A stretch of DNA of 64,000 bases from Phoronis australis (Eukaryota; Animalia; Phoronida): assembly GCA_002633005.1 (NCBI GenBank), contig NMRA01000819.1, forward strand, positions 31,521 to 95,520, in the 5' to 3' direction. The notes beneath the pieces are model-generated. The model worked only from the letters and a program-made list of their open reading frames with translations. It was not told the origin of the DNA and ran no database searches. Positions 1 through 11,300 of this stretch are shown piece by piece. The position numbers and the translations under genes were made by a program. Position 1 is the first letter of the stretch; each line of letters opens with the position of its first letter.

Positions 1-558
1 TTCACTACAACAAGTTTAATTTTAGCCAATTTTTGACAAAATTTTGCCAGATGTACCACTATGCACTTTGTTAAAATTGTGACCACTTATCATCTGGGCA
101 TGCTACTCAGTGCCATTCATTTACAGAATTATTAAGAAAAAGAAATCAACTGACTGCAAAGATCAATCACTTCTCCCTAATGCATATTGTTCTTACTAAA
201 ACATCATTAATTATAAGTATTACTCTATCATTGCCGTGCAATACATAATTTCATTAAAACTGCTCAGTCATACCCACAATGAACCACCAAAGGTGAGGCA
301 TCCACACATTTCCCAGTGTTATAGGTCCACATCAAATACAAATTGAGGCTGGACTCGTCAGTCTGTCTTGATACATGTCCAAATTTCTCACATGAATCTC
401 CATAACAGTTCTTACAGGCTTCACCTCTACCCACCTTGGCATCACTGAGTGATAACCTAGGACAGTAACATGGCCGACTGTCCTCATCACCAATCGCAAC
501 ACTATGACAGATCACCTGAGAAGACCTTCTCATAGACCACACAGAATGGGGCAAAATA
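1..558 (-). other. Near-identical second copy of about 1283-1840, including the 3' part of the AASDH exon (274-558); probable haplotype overlap artefact
   Basis: Sequence is essentially identical and ends exactly at a single N (559). Confidence 0.8.
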
Positions 559-1556
559 NTTGAATCTTGCGACTGCTGACAGGAATTCTTATAAACTATT
601 TATGTCATATCATAATGTTTCATATATCATTTTTACGAATTCATACAAATTGGTGATATGGATTCATATAGAATTTCTTTCATGATAAATTAAAATCAAA
701 ATTGCCTGAATAAATGTGATATATCAAATACAGTATATTTCATTATTTAACCTTGTGTGCATAACACCAAAAATGCATTTTTCAAACAGTCTTAGCTGAT
801 ATGACCCCAGCATGCTATGTATAGCCAAGACGTTGCTATCGGCAATGTTTAAAAGTATGCTGAGGTCATTTATTTTACCATGTGCAATAACCTATGATTT
901 ACATGCACAAGTTTTTATTCACCAACAACTTAATAAACTGACTAAGCTTGACCACACTTGACCACACTTGGTGACAAATGTCATCTTCAAAATTTATATA
1001 ATTATCAGTATCTGTGCCTGAATGAATGTAGCCTTAAAACACAATTACGTCAGCTTAATAATATTGCTCATATCAATCGCCAGTTTCCAAGGCTGATTTT
1101 CATACTTCTTGTATTGTGAGAAAACTAATTGATTTTAGTGACATATCAGAAATTTTGCACTTTGGTGTCACCAACACAATTAATCTACACAATTTTAGCA
1201 CCAAGCATACTGTATCCACAGCATGGAGTTTTTAAAATAAACTATACAATGTCAAAATTCAATGACTCAATATAGATTCTTTTTTACTACAACAAGTTTA
1301 ATTTTAGCCAATTTTTGACAAAATTTTGCCAGATGTACCACTATGCACTTTGCTAAAATTGTGACCACTTATCATCTGGGCATGCTACTCAGTGCCATTC
1401 ATTTACAGAATTATTAAGAAAAAGAAATCAACTGACTGCAAAGATCAATCACTTCTCCCTAATGCATATTGTTCTTACTTAAAACATCATTAATTATAAG
1501 TATTACTCTATCATTGCCGTGCAATACATAATTTCATTAAAACTGCTCAGTCATAC

Positions 1557-2392
1557 CCACAATGAACCACCAAAGGTGAGGCATCCACACATTTCCCAGT
1601 GTTATAGGTCCACATCAAATACAAATTGAGGCTGGACTCGTCAGTCTGTCTTGATACATGTCCAAATTTCTCACATGAATCTCCATAACAGTTCTTACAG
1701 GCTTCACCTCTACCCACCTTGGCATCACTGAGTGATAACCTAGGACAGTAACATGGCCGACTGTCCTCATCACCAATCGCAACACTATGACAGATCACCT
1801 GAGAAGACCTTCTCATAGACCACACAGAATGGGGCAAAATATCTTTTTTATGAAGTCTGGGAATTTTACCTGGAAAGACGCTACTCGTATCAGAATTGAC
1901 TATGCTTTTAATCCTTTTGTAACCATCAAATGATATAACAGTGTTTTCCAATGTTGTGCAACTGTGCAATTGAGCCAGCTCAGAACTGACTGTTTTTTCA
2001 TTTTCAGTTTGGCTCATATTGCTTTCACTATCCACTCCATAGAGGTCATCTTGGTCAGGTTTTCTGAAAATTTCAGAATCTTTAAGCTTAGCTTTCACAT
2101 CTCCATTCACAATGACATCTTTATTGCATTTTTCTAAGTTATCTCTTTGGATAACAGTGTTATCAGGTCCAACACAACTGACATGGCCCACACTGGTAAC
2201 TCTTGACCGTTCCTCAACAAATTTCTTAAGAGTGCAATAGGGAGAGTGAAGAACGGTGTCCAGTACTAGAGGAGAGTTCAAGCTGTACGCATTCGAGATT
2301 CTGTCAGCCAATTGAACAGCGAGGAATGAAGTGCCACCAGACTCGACAAAATAACTTGAGTCAATGGGTGGAGTATCTGTGCCCAGAACTTC
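1557..2392 (-). CDS. AASDH: AASDH exon: carrier domain, long linker, first PQQ-type repeat
   Basis: FVESGGTSFLA carries the phosphopantetheine serine; WTYNTGKCVDASPLVV follows; tttcag acceptor and GG/gtatga donor. Confidence 0.92.
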
Positions 2393-5300
2393 CTGAAATG
2401 AGACAGGAAATGACTGACAACTGTTATCACTTGGCAAAAACCTTGGAATGTCCTAATCACTGTCAAGATGTTATTCAAATTGAGCAAAGTACAGTACTTA
2501 AACAGTTACTGTAGGACAGTTGAATGTGACATATCAGCCAAGTAGTTAACGTTAATCAATACGCCAGACCAAAAAAGATATTTTAATAAGCCTAACTTCA
2601 ACAGAGTTTTATTCTTTAGGTGTATTAGGCTAACCAGATAGTCCTAGTAAAGCCTTAGTGAAATAACAAAAATGCGAGTTCAATCACGTAAGTGTAAACC
2701 TGTCAAATCATAAGTGAAGCTGCGTTTTCGTGCCATGTTGCGTCACCGTGAGATCCCAACACAAACAACATAAGGTTGTATTGAATAGGGGTATGAATAG
2801 AACACCATTGCCTGCAGGTGTTATTCACACCTGCTTGACTTAAAAGGCGATTCTCGTGGTGACGTAGGCAAAAGCAAGCTAATACGCCTAACAGTTCGTT
2901 ACATTTGGCAATTCATGGCACTAGTGAGTGAACTCATGGCGATGCTCTTAAGATACTGTAGGAACCAAATTTACATTTGTTACCGTTGGAGATAGGCTTT
3001 AAAGTACAGACAACTAATTGACATAGTGTGTAAAATTAGTACCATCCACAAACATGATATACTTCTGCACATCGTTTGAGCCTGACTGTCTCGGGCCAAT
3101 CCTCTCAGTTTTTCTTTGTCTAGTTTACCTAAAATGTATACAATGTCATAAAATGTATACAGTCAGTATCATATTATTAATTTTGTAAAACAAGTAATTT
3201 ATTCATCTACGTCTTGATTTAATATTCGGAAAGCTATCAATTCCATTACCACATCTCCAAGTTTCACAGAGGATCCCCTAAACTCCAATCTCTGACCAGC
3301 ACACACCAATACAGTACATATCCTCAGACCCAAACCCCTACACTCCAATCTCCGACCAGCACACCAACAGTACATATCCTCAGACCCAAACCCCTACACT
3401 CCAATCTCCGACCAGCACACCAACAGTACATATCCTCAGACCCCAAACCCTCTACACTCCACTGCTCCATACATGATGACCAAATTCCAGTCTCAGGGAC
3501 TAGAATACATGATTGGGCCTCCAAATTTCAAGAAATACCGTCATGGAATCTGGTCCCCATGATTGAAGTTTAATCACGAGACAACGGTTGGGCTAACAAT
3601 TGGGGTTTTGTTACCACAATGCCAAAGTGAGTCTAAGCAAGACTGTGACTAACCCATCCAATGCCTAAATGAGTCCAACCCAGACTGTGACTAACCCATC
3701 CAATGCCTAAGTGAGTCCAACCCAGACTGTGACTAAGCCATCCAATGCCTAAGTGAGTCTAAGCTAGACTGTGACTGACCCATCCAATGCCTAAGTGAGT
3801 CCAACCCAGACTGTGACTAACCCATCCAATGCCTAAGTGAGTCCAACCCAGACTGTGACTAAGCCATCCAATGCCTAAGTGAGTCTAAGCTAGACTGTGA
3901 CTAACCCATCCAGTGCCTAAGTGAGTGCAACCCAGACTGTGACTAAGCCGTCCAAATCAATTTACAAATTAATGCTCATGTTGGACCCATTCACTAATTT
4001 CTTGATTTTAAAAATTGAAAGATGGCAACTATTTAATTTAAATTTTAAAAACACTCATGTTGGTTGTTTGTATTAAATTACTTATTGTTCGTTTTTTGAC
4101 TTCGAAACTCAAGCACTAAACAGGCATATTGATTTATGATCGCCTTTGAATTCCCTGGACAATCTAGGGTAAACAGTGCACGCTTTCTCGTCCAAAAACA
4201 TTGTGGGATTGGTATCTGCTGGTCTGGAATGAATTAAGGACATCTTAGGTGAAATCTAGAGGCACAATAATCGTGGAATTGTTTTTAGAATAAGGTAACT
4301 GTATCTGCTGGTCTGGAATGAATTAAGGACATCTTAGGTGAAATCTAGAGGCACAATAATCGTGGAATTGCTTTTAGATTAAGGTAACTGTATTGAGACT
4401 AATGAGAGCTTTCTTAGACCTTATCCTTGCTATAAATGTGACATGTACTAACTAGACTTGATCCTTGCTATAAATGTGACATGTACTAACTAGACTTGAT
4501 CCTTGCTATAAATGTGACATGTACTAACTAGACTTGATCCTTGCTATAAATGTGACATGTACTAACTAGACTAACAACCTAATTACGAGGCACAGTAAGT
4601 TGAGCTTACAGCCTAGTTATGAGGTACAATGGAGCACACGGTGAATTTTCATGCATTCAGTACAAGACCACAACTGGTAACCATATGAAAAATGTGAAAG
4701 GGAAATTCAGAACCACATAAAATGAATTTTTAAAATTGATTGATGAAGGTTTTCATCAGTTACAAACAAAACATTTATTAAGAAAATCAATTTTCATTGT
4801 TAATATAACAAACTACCATGTCGGGTCACAGGAATTTCACCAACTTCCACAATAATATCTGGATCATAGCATGGTGGGAGTTGTTGTTTGATGTGTTGCC
4901 TGGCAACTGCTTGGTCACAACCAATCACAGCCATGAACAGTCTGTCATTCATCATCACTGCAGCAGCTGCTTGAACAGCTGTCACCTGCAGCATTGTCTG
5001 AAAGTGAAGAATAGCTTTCAAGAAATTGACACAACCCCATGTTGTTGCAATCTTTGTACCAATGAGTTTAATGCCAATGTTAACCAAACATTTGTTGAAT
5101 TCAAGGCCAGTGACTACAAGGCTAAAATACTCGGCCAATTATCAAACGAGGACTAACTCCACCAGCAAGAATTCCAGGTTCCAATCCGTGCTAGGGTTGA
5201 TATCAGTAAATTAGTTTTCTCGCGGACAATGTCCCCTAAACTGAATTTTACATATGTGTGGAACAGTTAATATGTGAGCAGTTTTATTGGCAAAGCCCCT

Positions 5301-8300
5301 AGTGGCACTGAGGATATGATACAGATGTGTTTGCAATTGGCTCAAGCCTGCAACAAAAGAACATGTTCAGCTGTATTTCCATGTTAATTATAAATAGTTG
5401 CCATGACATGGCTTAGCATGGTGCGGACAATGTTGATTTGTTTCTGTCGCGACAAAACATGTTTAGGTTTGTTAGTTGTATGTGATTGGTAGAGTGCCAA
5501 GGGATTAGAGAAAATGTGAGAAAGTCTGACGACACCGACATGTGTCCAAGCACAGAAAATGCTGCCTCCTGTGATCTGAGCTTTGGATGCTGAATATATA
5601 ACACTGAACATTGAATGTAAAATATAATAAATTAACATTGTACTAAGAAGAATATGTTTGTGTGCAACAGGTGATGTTTGATCAATTTTAGGAGCATTCC
5701 AACTTTTAGTGATGCCACTCGGGAAGCTACTTCACAGATGAGATCCGCACAAAAGGAGAATTTTTAGACAATACAAGATATGCAGAAACCAGTATCTAAC
5801 AATCAATGCTGTGTTTTGAACGAAATCTGCATCAGAGAGCCACTACTGCTAAATTCTAGTAAACTTATACTTACACTACAGCCACCAAAATGTATAAAAC
5901 AATATGACGGTCATTTGGATTTTTAAAATGCAACATTCACCAAATAGGCAGCGCTAACATGATAATGCATTACACAGTGCTAACATGATAACGCATTACA
6001 CACTGCTAACATGATAACGCATTACACAAAGCTAACATAATGCATTACACAGTGCTAACATGATAATGCATTACACAGTGCTAACATGATAACGCATTAC
6101 ACAGTGACAGCGTGTGACATGGGAGACAACTACAACAATTGACAACAAAACGAAGTTTGGGTTAAACAGCAAATATACTGTAGCCTTGATAATTTTGCCA
6201 AGGTGGCGTTTTCTGATTAGTTTTTACATTAAGGTTTTTCATTACGTAACCTTTGGATTAATCAACTTTTAACCTGTTGAAGACGAAGCAGGTTCATCCT
6301 CTGACCATGACGTTTCACCTGGTCATCTATCCGCCCCTCGTACACAATTGAATCTCCCACCCTACAAACCATATCGCCGGTACAACGCATCACGGGAAAC
6401 TGAGAATGAGTGAGTTCATTGTCCACATAACAGAACCGGCTGTTGCTACCTAGGGAATAGTGAGAGAGAGTGAAGCCATTACTATAGGGTACTACACTTT
6501 CAAAGATGACATAGTAGTATATGATAATTGCAGGTGGTTTGGTACACGTTGGGCAAGCCGTTCCGGAGGGCCCATTGCACTAATCAGATGGAACCATTCT
6601 AATGCTTTATTAACATGTATAGTTAACACACAACTCAATCATCAAGCAGTGTGCGCTAGTGAGACACTAACACACAACTCAATCATCGAGCAGTGTGCCC
6701 AAGTGAGACACTAACCCACAACTCAATCATCGAGCAGTGTGCCCTAGTGAGACACTAACACACAACTTTGAGTACAGGAAGCAGACACTTGTCCTACTTG
6801 ACAACAATGATTCCTTGGCTTGAAAGAAGTGCAGCATGAAAACAGAGACTGGACTCCTTTTTTCACAGGGTTTTGTAAGGGTTAAACGGGGCCCTACTGA
6901 ATTTTGGGTTTGCTTGTTGTTTGGAAATTATAGCAGTGTATGTCCAGATGCCTACTATGCTCCAGTCAGCCACCACACCAGGCGAGGCGTCATCGTCAAC
7001 AAGTACCTAAACCTAATGTTCTATGCTCCAGTCAGTCTGAACCCAATGTTCTATGCTCCAGTCAGCCTAAACCCAATGTTCTATGCTCCAGTCAGCCTAA
7101 ACCCAATGTTCNNNNNNNNNNNNNNNNNNNNNNNNNNNNNNNNNNNNNNNNNNNNNNNNNNNNNNNNNNNNNNNNNNNNNNNNNNNNNNNNNNNNNNNNN
7201 NNNNNNNNNNNNNNNNNNNNNNNNNNNNNNNNNNNNNNNNNNNNNNNNNNNNNNNNNNNNNNNNNNNNNNCTAGTGAGACACTAACCCACAACTCAATCA
7301 TCGAGCAGTGTGCCCCAGTGAGACACTAACCCACAACTCAATCATCGAGCAGTGTGCCCTAGTGAGACACTAACACACAACTTTGAGTACAGGAAGCAGA
7401 CACTTGTCCTACTTGACAACAATGATTCCTTGGCTTGAAAGAAGTGCAGCATGAAAACAGACACTGGACTCCTTTTTTCACAGGGTTTTGTAAGGGTTAA
7501 ACGGGGCCCTACTGAATTTTGGGTTTGCTTGTTGTTTGGAAATTATAGCAGTGTATGTCCAGATGCCTACTATGCTCCAGTCAGCCACCGCACCAGGCGT
7601 CATCGTCAACAAGTACCTAAACCTAATGTTCTATGCTCCAGTCAGCCTAAACCCAATGTTCTATGCTCCAGTCAGCCTAAACCCAATGTAGGTTAGTGAC
7701 ACATACCAACGTTGTGATCCATCAGATTGTTTTTGCAAATGCTACGGTGTGTTGCGTGCATCAAGGGAAAAAATTAGTTAAGCTACAGAAGAACACCACC
7801 TGCCCAGAGTAGTACAATAACTTTTAAACATTGGATAGTAAATCTGGTTTTGTAAACAATTACGACTTTCCAATTCAACATCCAAAACAAAATCATGCTC
7901 TGTTACCCTCACCCACTCTTAAAAGACAGGAGAAAATATGAAAACTTTTCACAAAAATCTGCTTAACCTGCCAGCAGAACTAAAGCTTTGTGACACAATA
8001 ACTGTGGAGAAAGACGACCCATTAAGAACGACTGGACACATTAAATGAAATAGTGAACAAGTGCAGCAGACTCCTCATTTGATGACCCACCTGAGACACC
8101 AATGGTGCATCAGCAGCAGACAGAACTAGGACTGGTGGAAATTACCAAAACAGGGTATGGTATTTTTTTAAGATAAAGTGCAAAACAGACATGACTTCCA
8201 AGCCAAGTGGTTCCAATTTGTTGTACATTGTTTCTGAATTTAAGTTATGACTCCGAGGAACTAAGTTGTGGATATTAACCGGAGTTCTTTAATAAATCTT

Positions 8301-11300
8301 TGAAAGAATTTCCTCACATGACCAATGTGAAGGACAGTTGCTGGCAGCCATTATTCAAACAAAATTGTGACTAAACACCGGTTCAACATAACAAATAAAA
8401 ATTGACCAATATTACCAACATTGACCAATATTACCAACATTGACCAATATTACCAACATTGACCAATATTACCAACATTGACCAATATTACCAACATTGA
8501 CCAATATTACCAACATTGACCAATATTACCAACATTGACCAATATTACCAACATTGACCAATATTACCAACATTGACCAATATTACCAACATTGACCAAT
8601 ATTACCAACATTGACCAATATTACCAACATTGACCAATATTACCAACATTGACCAATATTACCAACATTGACCAATATTACCAACATTGACCAATATTAC
8701 CAACATTGACCAATATTACCAACATTGACCAATATTACCAACATTGACCAATATTACCAACATTGACCAATATTACCAACATTGACCAATATTACCAACA
8801 TTGACCAATATTACCAACATTGCTTATAAAAAGGTAAGATAAGCTTAAGATAAAATGATGAAAGGGAAATTTCCCACTAAACTCTGCCTATCAAAGTTAG
8901 TAAGTGGTACGTTCTACACAAATCTAGCCAGGTCTGATGAGATAGACCTACAATTACTCACAGCCCTAAGTACGTTCTACACAAATCTAGCCAGGTCTGA
9001 TGTGATAGACCTACAATTACTCACAGCCCTAATTTTAAATAGTAAGCAAACGAATCCCATGTAATTAGAAGACACAATGAAGCAAAGAATAAGCTGTAAA
9101 ATTTGTTCATCCAAACAATTTTTTCTCTCAATTTTCCTGAAATAAGCATGTCTTCTAATCTCACCTATATACAGGACACCTGTAGCATGTCTTCTAATCT
9201 CACCTATATACAGGACACCTGAAGCATGTCTTCTAATCTCACCTATATACAGGACACCTGAAGCATGTCTTCTAATCTCACCTATATACAGGACACCTGA
9301 AGCATGTCTTCTAATCTCACCTATATACAGGACACCTGTACCATTAGCTGTAACTGTGCCTCCAGTCTCATCAAGTACTTCACAGAGTACACCTGTCAAA
9401 GGCTGACCAATTGGAACTGGTGCCTCACTTCTGTAACCAGAGATGAGTAAAATGATTGGACAATGATTGGCATGCATTAAAGAAAACAGTTAATGAAATA
9501 AAGCCAGGGCAACAGAAAATTCATTTCCCATTTTTAAACAGCTTCTTCTCAGGCTATCTGAATAACACAGCTAATGCACTCTTGAACATAACTCAGTAGT
9601 TCCAGGCTCATAACCTAAAACTAAGTTGAACTTCACTCATCCACAAAACACAACTGGCACCTAAAGGCAGCGTGCACCGTAAACACGTCTCCTGCACCTC
9701 TAAACATAGCTCACACTCTCTTGCTGAGTTATGCAAGTGATCCTCAGTCACGTGAGTCAGAGAGCATGCTTTTTGGAGCGTGAGCCGTGTTTTAGAGTGC
9801 AGAGAAGAGTTTGCATATCAGTGAGCTGAGTTTACAGGTCCACAAACAGCATTCATGAGTATATGAGCTGTGTTGTTCAGCAAGCCAGGTCTCCACTTCA
9901 CGATACATTAGGAATGATAGAGTGCAATCACTGATCAGCATGAAAACGTGTCAATGGAAGCTAGAAAAAGAAGATCCAAGGCTTAACAAAAAACAATCCA
10001 TGAAATGTTAATTACATCAAGTTCAAGGTGTTAAGCTAATTGATACAGCTTATTTAGTCTTTTCAGTCAAAACCTTGTAAGCAGCAAATCACCACTGATA
10101 CAGAATGAACAATACAACTCACACAAGATCACTATCTGTCACTTGATGGCACGTCGCCCAGCAAGACAATTCAGTGATGCCATAAATGTTGTAGATCTCT
10201 ATCGACCGATGGCTTATCCATTTCCTGAGAACTGACTTTGGTGGACACATTTCACCGCCAAGTACGAGTGTTCTCAATTGTGACAAAGGGCCGAATATAC
10301 CATCGCGAAGCGAAACGTTATCAAGACCATAAGCCAAGCTAGGTGTTGCCTTCAACAAATCATGTACAATTTACACTGTCTGTCTCATGCTTCAATCAAA
10401 AAGCTGACCATCAATATTGGCAGCATGACCTCCCCTGTACTGAAACTTGAGAGATCATTGTCATACAGACAGGTGCTTACTATTACTATTAACATTTAAT
10501 AAAACCAAAATAATTACGCATTATACATTTATAACACAATTTCATAATGATAGACTGTTCCCAGAATGCAACACTTATAGAGGTCAAAATTTCTGATTGC
10601 ACCAAATTATGAAAATACGATCACATTTCTCACTTCCACAAACATCCCAAATGTTGCATGAATCATCAATTCTCCACACAGGATGAGCAGACAGTAGAAT
10701 ATTTAAATCACTGATAATAGATTGTCCCATATGTAGCTTCTGAAGTCCCAAAGATTGCACCACGGGCATTTTGCATAATGATTTCAATAAACTGTTTTGA
10801 GCTGTGTTAATATTCCACTGGTTACTGACATCATAGACTATAGTCTATAATCTATGCTGACATTCTGCAGCACAAAAAGTCTAAAGAAAAAAAATGTTCC
10901 ACAAATGCTCTAGTCATTCTTACAACCTTTTCATTGTAGCCTCAATATACAAACAGTATACAAACATGGCTTCATATAAACATACCATCAACACCGAGAC
11001 CCCCATATGACACAGCAGACTCTCCAGTCGTCGAGTCATGACCTTTATGTCAGAGGGCACAATAAGTAGACTAGCCCCAACACTCAATGTGGTAAACAGC
11101 TCAACAATGCTTGGGTCAAAGGTTAAAGGTGAAGTCCAGAGTACACGGTCATTTTCGTGCATGCTGAACAGATGGCTTAAAATGAAAAGGAAAGAAATGA
11201 CGCTTTCCAAGTATCGTTCAACAATTCCATGCAAAGTTCTTGAGTGAATTCTAAAATGATTATGGTCACCATAAACAGAATATTAAATTTGTACATTTTT

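Noticed and set aside
264-554. Second copy of the AASDH exon as real exon duplication
   Set aside because: Identical to 1547-1837 and cut at a single N; most likely a contig overlap.
8401-8822. Regular 19 bp array as a CRISPR array
   Set aside because: No unique spacers, no cas genes, and an intronic eukaryotic context. The same holds for the other minisatellites.
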